Source of the DNA: Botryllus schlosseri
Taxonomy: Eukaryota
Direction: 5' to 3'
Assembly (NCBI GenBank): GCA_051294905.1
Contig: CM119372.1
Span: forward strand, 23,066,001-23,130,000
DNA length: 64,000 nucleotides
Shown: positions 62,640-64,000 of the stretch, piece by piece
Layout of the letters: each line of letters starts with the position of its first letter
Position numbering within the stretch: the first letter of the stretch is position 1
Position numbers and translations under genes: made by a program
Notes under the pieces: model-generated
Told to the model about the DNA's origin: nothing
What the model saw: the letters and a program-made list of their open reading frames with translations, nothing else
The model's database searches: none

Positions 62640-63854
62640 TAGGAATGGTGTGAACCTCTGAAACGTTCAGGTTCGTGTGAACGCGAACCTTTTCCAAAGG
62701 TTCTGTGTGAACGCGAACGTGAACCTCATGACGTCACGTGACGTCATATTGCTAATTCCAACCCTACATTTCAGTGAAGTGATAGCCTATATCAATGCTG
62801 AAGTTGGCGTTTCAAACGTTGCCAAATGTCTGAGTATGAGTATTGCTACGTTGATATAGAGCAGAGTATAAAACGGGTTAAAAAGTTATACAGCTGTAGC
62901 CAACACCCCAATCGCACGGATTGGTTTTTATGATACAGTAAACATATGAAGTCAAGATTGACCCCGTGCGCCTGCTAGATTTTTTTAACATCAGACAACG
63001 ATATCAATTTCATTGATAGCTTGAGTAAGCATCATTCGCGTACTACCTGTAGTGTATTTCTCTCTTGATGTTGTGTGATTGCGGGTCAAGCTCACAGCAG
63101 AGAATCACTAAATATTCACAAACGGAAAGCTGGATATTTCGAGCAAACTTTTGTAACAAAGCAAGTAAAACTTTTGAGATTGTCAAGGTGCATGCCCGTT
63201 TAGTCTTGAGTTTTTATGGTGCCATCGCCATGCATAGAGTGGCCGCAGTTAGAATGCAAATAATTTCAACCAAAGATGTTATAATGAAGTGAAAATTGTA
63301 ATATATGAAAAAGGTTCACGGTGCAGAACCTACCAGAGATGAGCGGATTGGAAATTTTCATGTCCTAATCCAATCCAAATCCGAACCTTCAAATCCAAAT
63401 CCTAATCCTAATCCATAACTTTTTCATATTCAAGTCCATGTCCAATCCTAATCCGATTCCAACTGGAAATTAAAAGAAAATACTAATTTATGCAATGGAG
63501 GGATTCGAAAAGTTTCTTTCACAACCAACGATTCACTTGATTCAAGATAACTTAGTAACCATAAGTACAATAATAACTGATCTGAATAAAGTTTGTCGCC
63601 ATTCGCCACACGACATTTCAATCTCCCAGAAAATAGGTAAATCCAATCCAAATCCTAATCCGTTCAGAAAAAAATATCTAATCCAAATCCAATCCAAATC
63701 CGACAAAATTTCACAAATCCTGTTTTTTCAAAACCTAATCCTAATCCATGCTCATCTCTGGAACCTACCAAGGTTCTTTGTGAACGTGAACCTCTAAATT
63801 TCTGAGGTTCACACACAGAACGTGAACGTGAACCTCATGTTCACACCATCCCTA
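62640..63854. mobile_element. TAGGGATGGTGTGAAC MITE, inverted homolog of 39337-40741
   Basis: TIRs TAGGAATGGTGTGAAC/GTTCACACCATCCCTA. Confidence 0.82.
63334..63760. mobile_element. hAT MITE CAGAGATGAGC, 427 bp
   Basis: TIRs intact; TSD GAACCTAC. Confidence 0.9.
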
Positions 63855-64000
63855 CTAAAGTTATGATATAATAATATCGTTGGGTTATATTTTTCAACTG
63901 AACAAGTCACACACAATGCGATGTCATGAACAGATAGGAGGATGTCGAACGACACGCATCAGTAACGATCCTTTGGATAGTGTAGTGGTTACGATAAGCG

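Overview
Eukaryotic (invertebrate animal, inferred) genomic DNA, AT-rich and dominated by nested transposable elements. There are two host genes. One is a complete 7-exon UQCRC2 (cytochrome bc1 core protein 2) on + at 51740-61163. The other is a fibrinogen-related domain (FReD) gene on - with at least 4 exons at 29885-36797 and an unresolved 5' end. There are two large EnSpm/CACTA-type elements with 2-bp TSDs (3184-9297 and 9574-18022). The second carries a transposase truncated before its second catalytic Asp and an apparently intact 8-exon SAMD3-like accessory gene. Retroelement pieces include an R4-like RLE LINE, a Penelope RT/GIY-YIG fragment with a minimal hammerhead ribozyme, an L2/CR1-like 3' end and three tRNA-derived SINE families. 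More than 25 hAT/pogo/Harbinger-type MITEs are present, many with readable TSDs. The most striking pattern is recurrent, independent insertion of MITEs at the same or nearly the same site inside other MITE families (three separate cases), plus self-nesting and composite transposition. All calls come from manual reading and motif recall; no database searches were run.
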